The translations under genes were made by a program, and so were the position numbers. From Octopus vulgaris (taxonomy: Eukaryota): a stretch of DNA of 64,000 nucleotides. Below are positions 63,540 to 64,000 of the stretch, piece by piece. Where the stretch lies: assembly GCA_951406725.2 (NCBI GenBank), contig OX597821.1, forward strand, positions 47,616,001-47,680,000, given 5' to 3'. Within the stretch, counting starts at the first letter, position 1; every line of letters starts with the position of its first letter. Below the pieces are notes generated by a model, which saw only the letters and a list, made by a program, of their open reading frames with translations, was not told where the DNA came from and did not search any database.

Positions 63540-64000
63540 TCACAGACGCATTGACTAGTGACCGAGAACTTTGGCAATGTACTGTGCTTCAGAGGACTCA
63601 ATAAGCTAAGTGCACCCATGTGGGGGCACGTAAAGAACATCTTTTGAGTGTTGGGCCTCATGGAGGCAAAGTGGCTGAGTTCCTTTCAAGTGTTGGGCCT
63701 CTCAGAGACAAGACCTTTAGCATTATGTTGTACTTGAGAAAAAGACCCATCAAGCCAAGCAAAATCGCATTAATGGCAGATACCAGTGTCATGCAAATTG
63801 GCACTCATTCTGGTGGCACATAAAAGCACCCCAGTGTCATGCAAATGGTGCTCGTACTGGTGACATGTAAAAGCACCCATCACACTCTCGGAGTGGTTGG
63901 TGTTAGGAAGGGATTCCAGCCGTAGAAAACCATGTCAAATCAGACTGGAGTCTGGTGCAGCCTTCCAGCTTACCAGCCCCAGTCAAACCCTCCAACCCAT
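63540..64000 (+). mobile_element. RTE LINE 3' end running off the window
   Basis: gactagtgaccgagaactttgg and aagcacccatcacactctcggagtggttggtgttaggaaggg match 48978-49620. Confidence 0.85.

Overview
AT-rich, microsatellite-saturated eukaryotic DNA. The SINE, LINE and DNA-transposon families and the (TA)n/(ATT)n/(TACA)n load look like an Octopus (coleoid cephalopod) genome; this is inferred from repeat content, not from a search. I find no intact host protein-coding gene. Most ORFs in the track are translations of simple repeats or SINEs. The recognisable coding remnants are all mobile elements: Tc1 (DD34E), mariner (DD34D), maT-type (DD37D), RTE, R4/Dong-type RLE LINEs, CR1-like, and Penelope-like GIY-YIG elements (one Naiad-like). 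Non-autonomous Helitrons, hAT and Merlin-like MITEs are also present. Most notable observations: (1) minimal type I hammerhead ribozymes, one fully intact, inside a ~310-bp-arm head-to-head inverted repeat at 22.7-23.4 kb, plus a 4-copy hammerhead-like short element in (TA)n; (2) 'trains' of R4/Dong LINEs and a non-coding ~550-bp partner element nested in (TAA)n tracts that appear to be seeded by SINE/RTE tails; (3) a young chimeric 28S rDNA + GC-rich insertion; (4) a locally templated patch replacing the 3' end of a LINE; (5) several minus-strand exon-like segments, one with decayed 14-aa and acidic repeats, suggesting a lncRNA or pseudogene. All coordinates were counted by hand and element ends may be off by a few bases.
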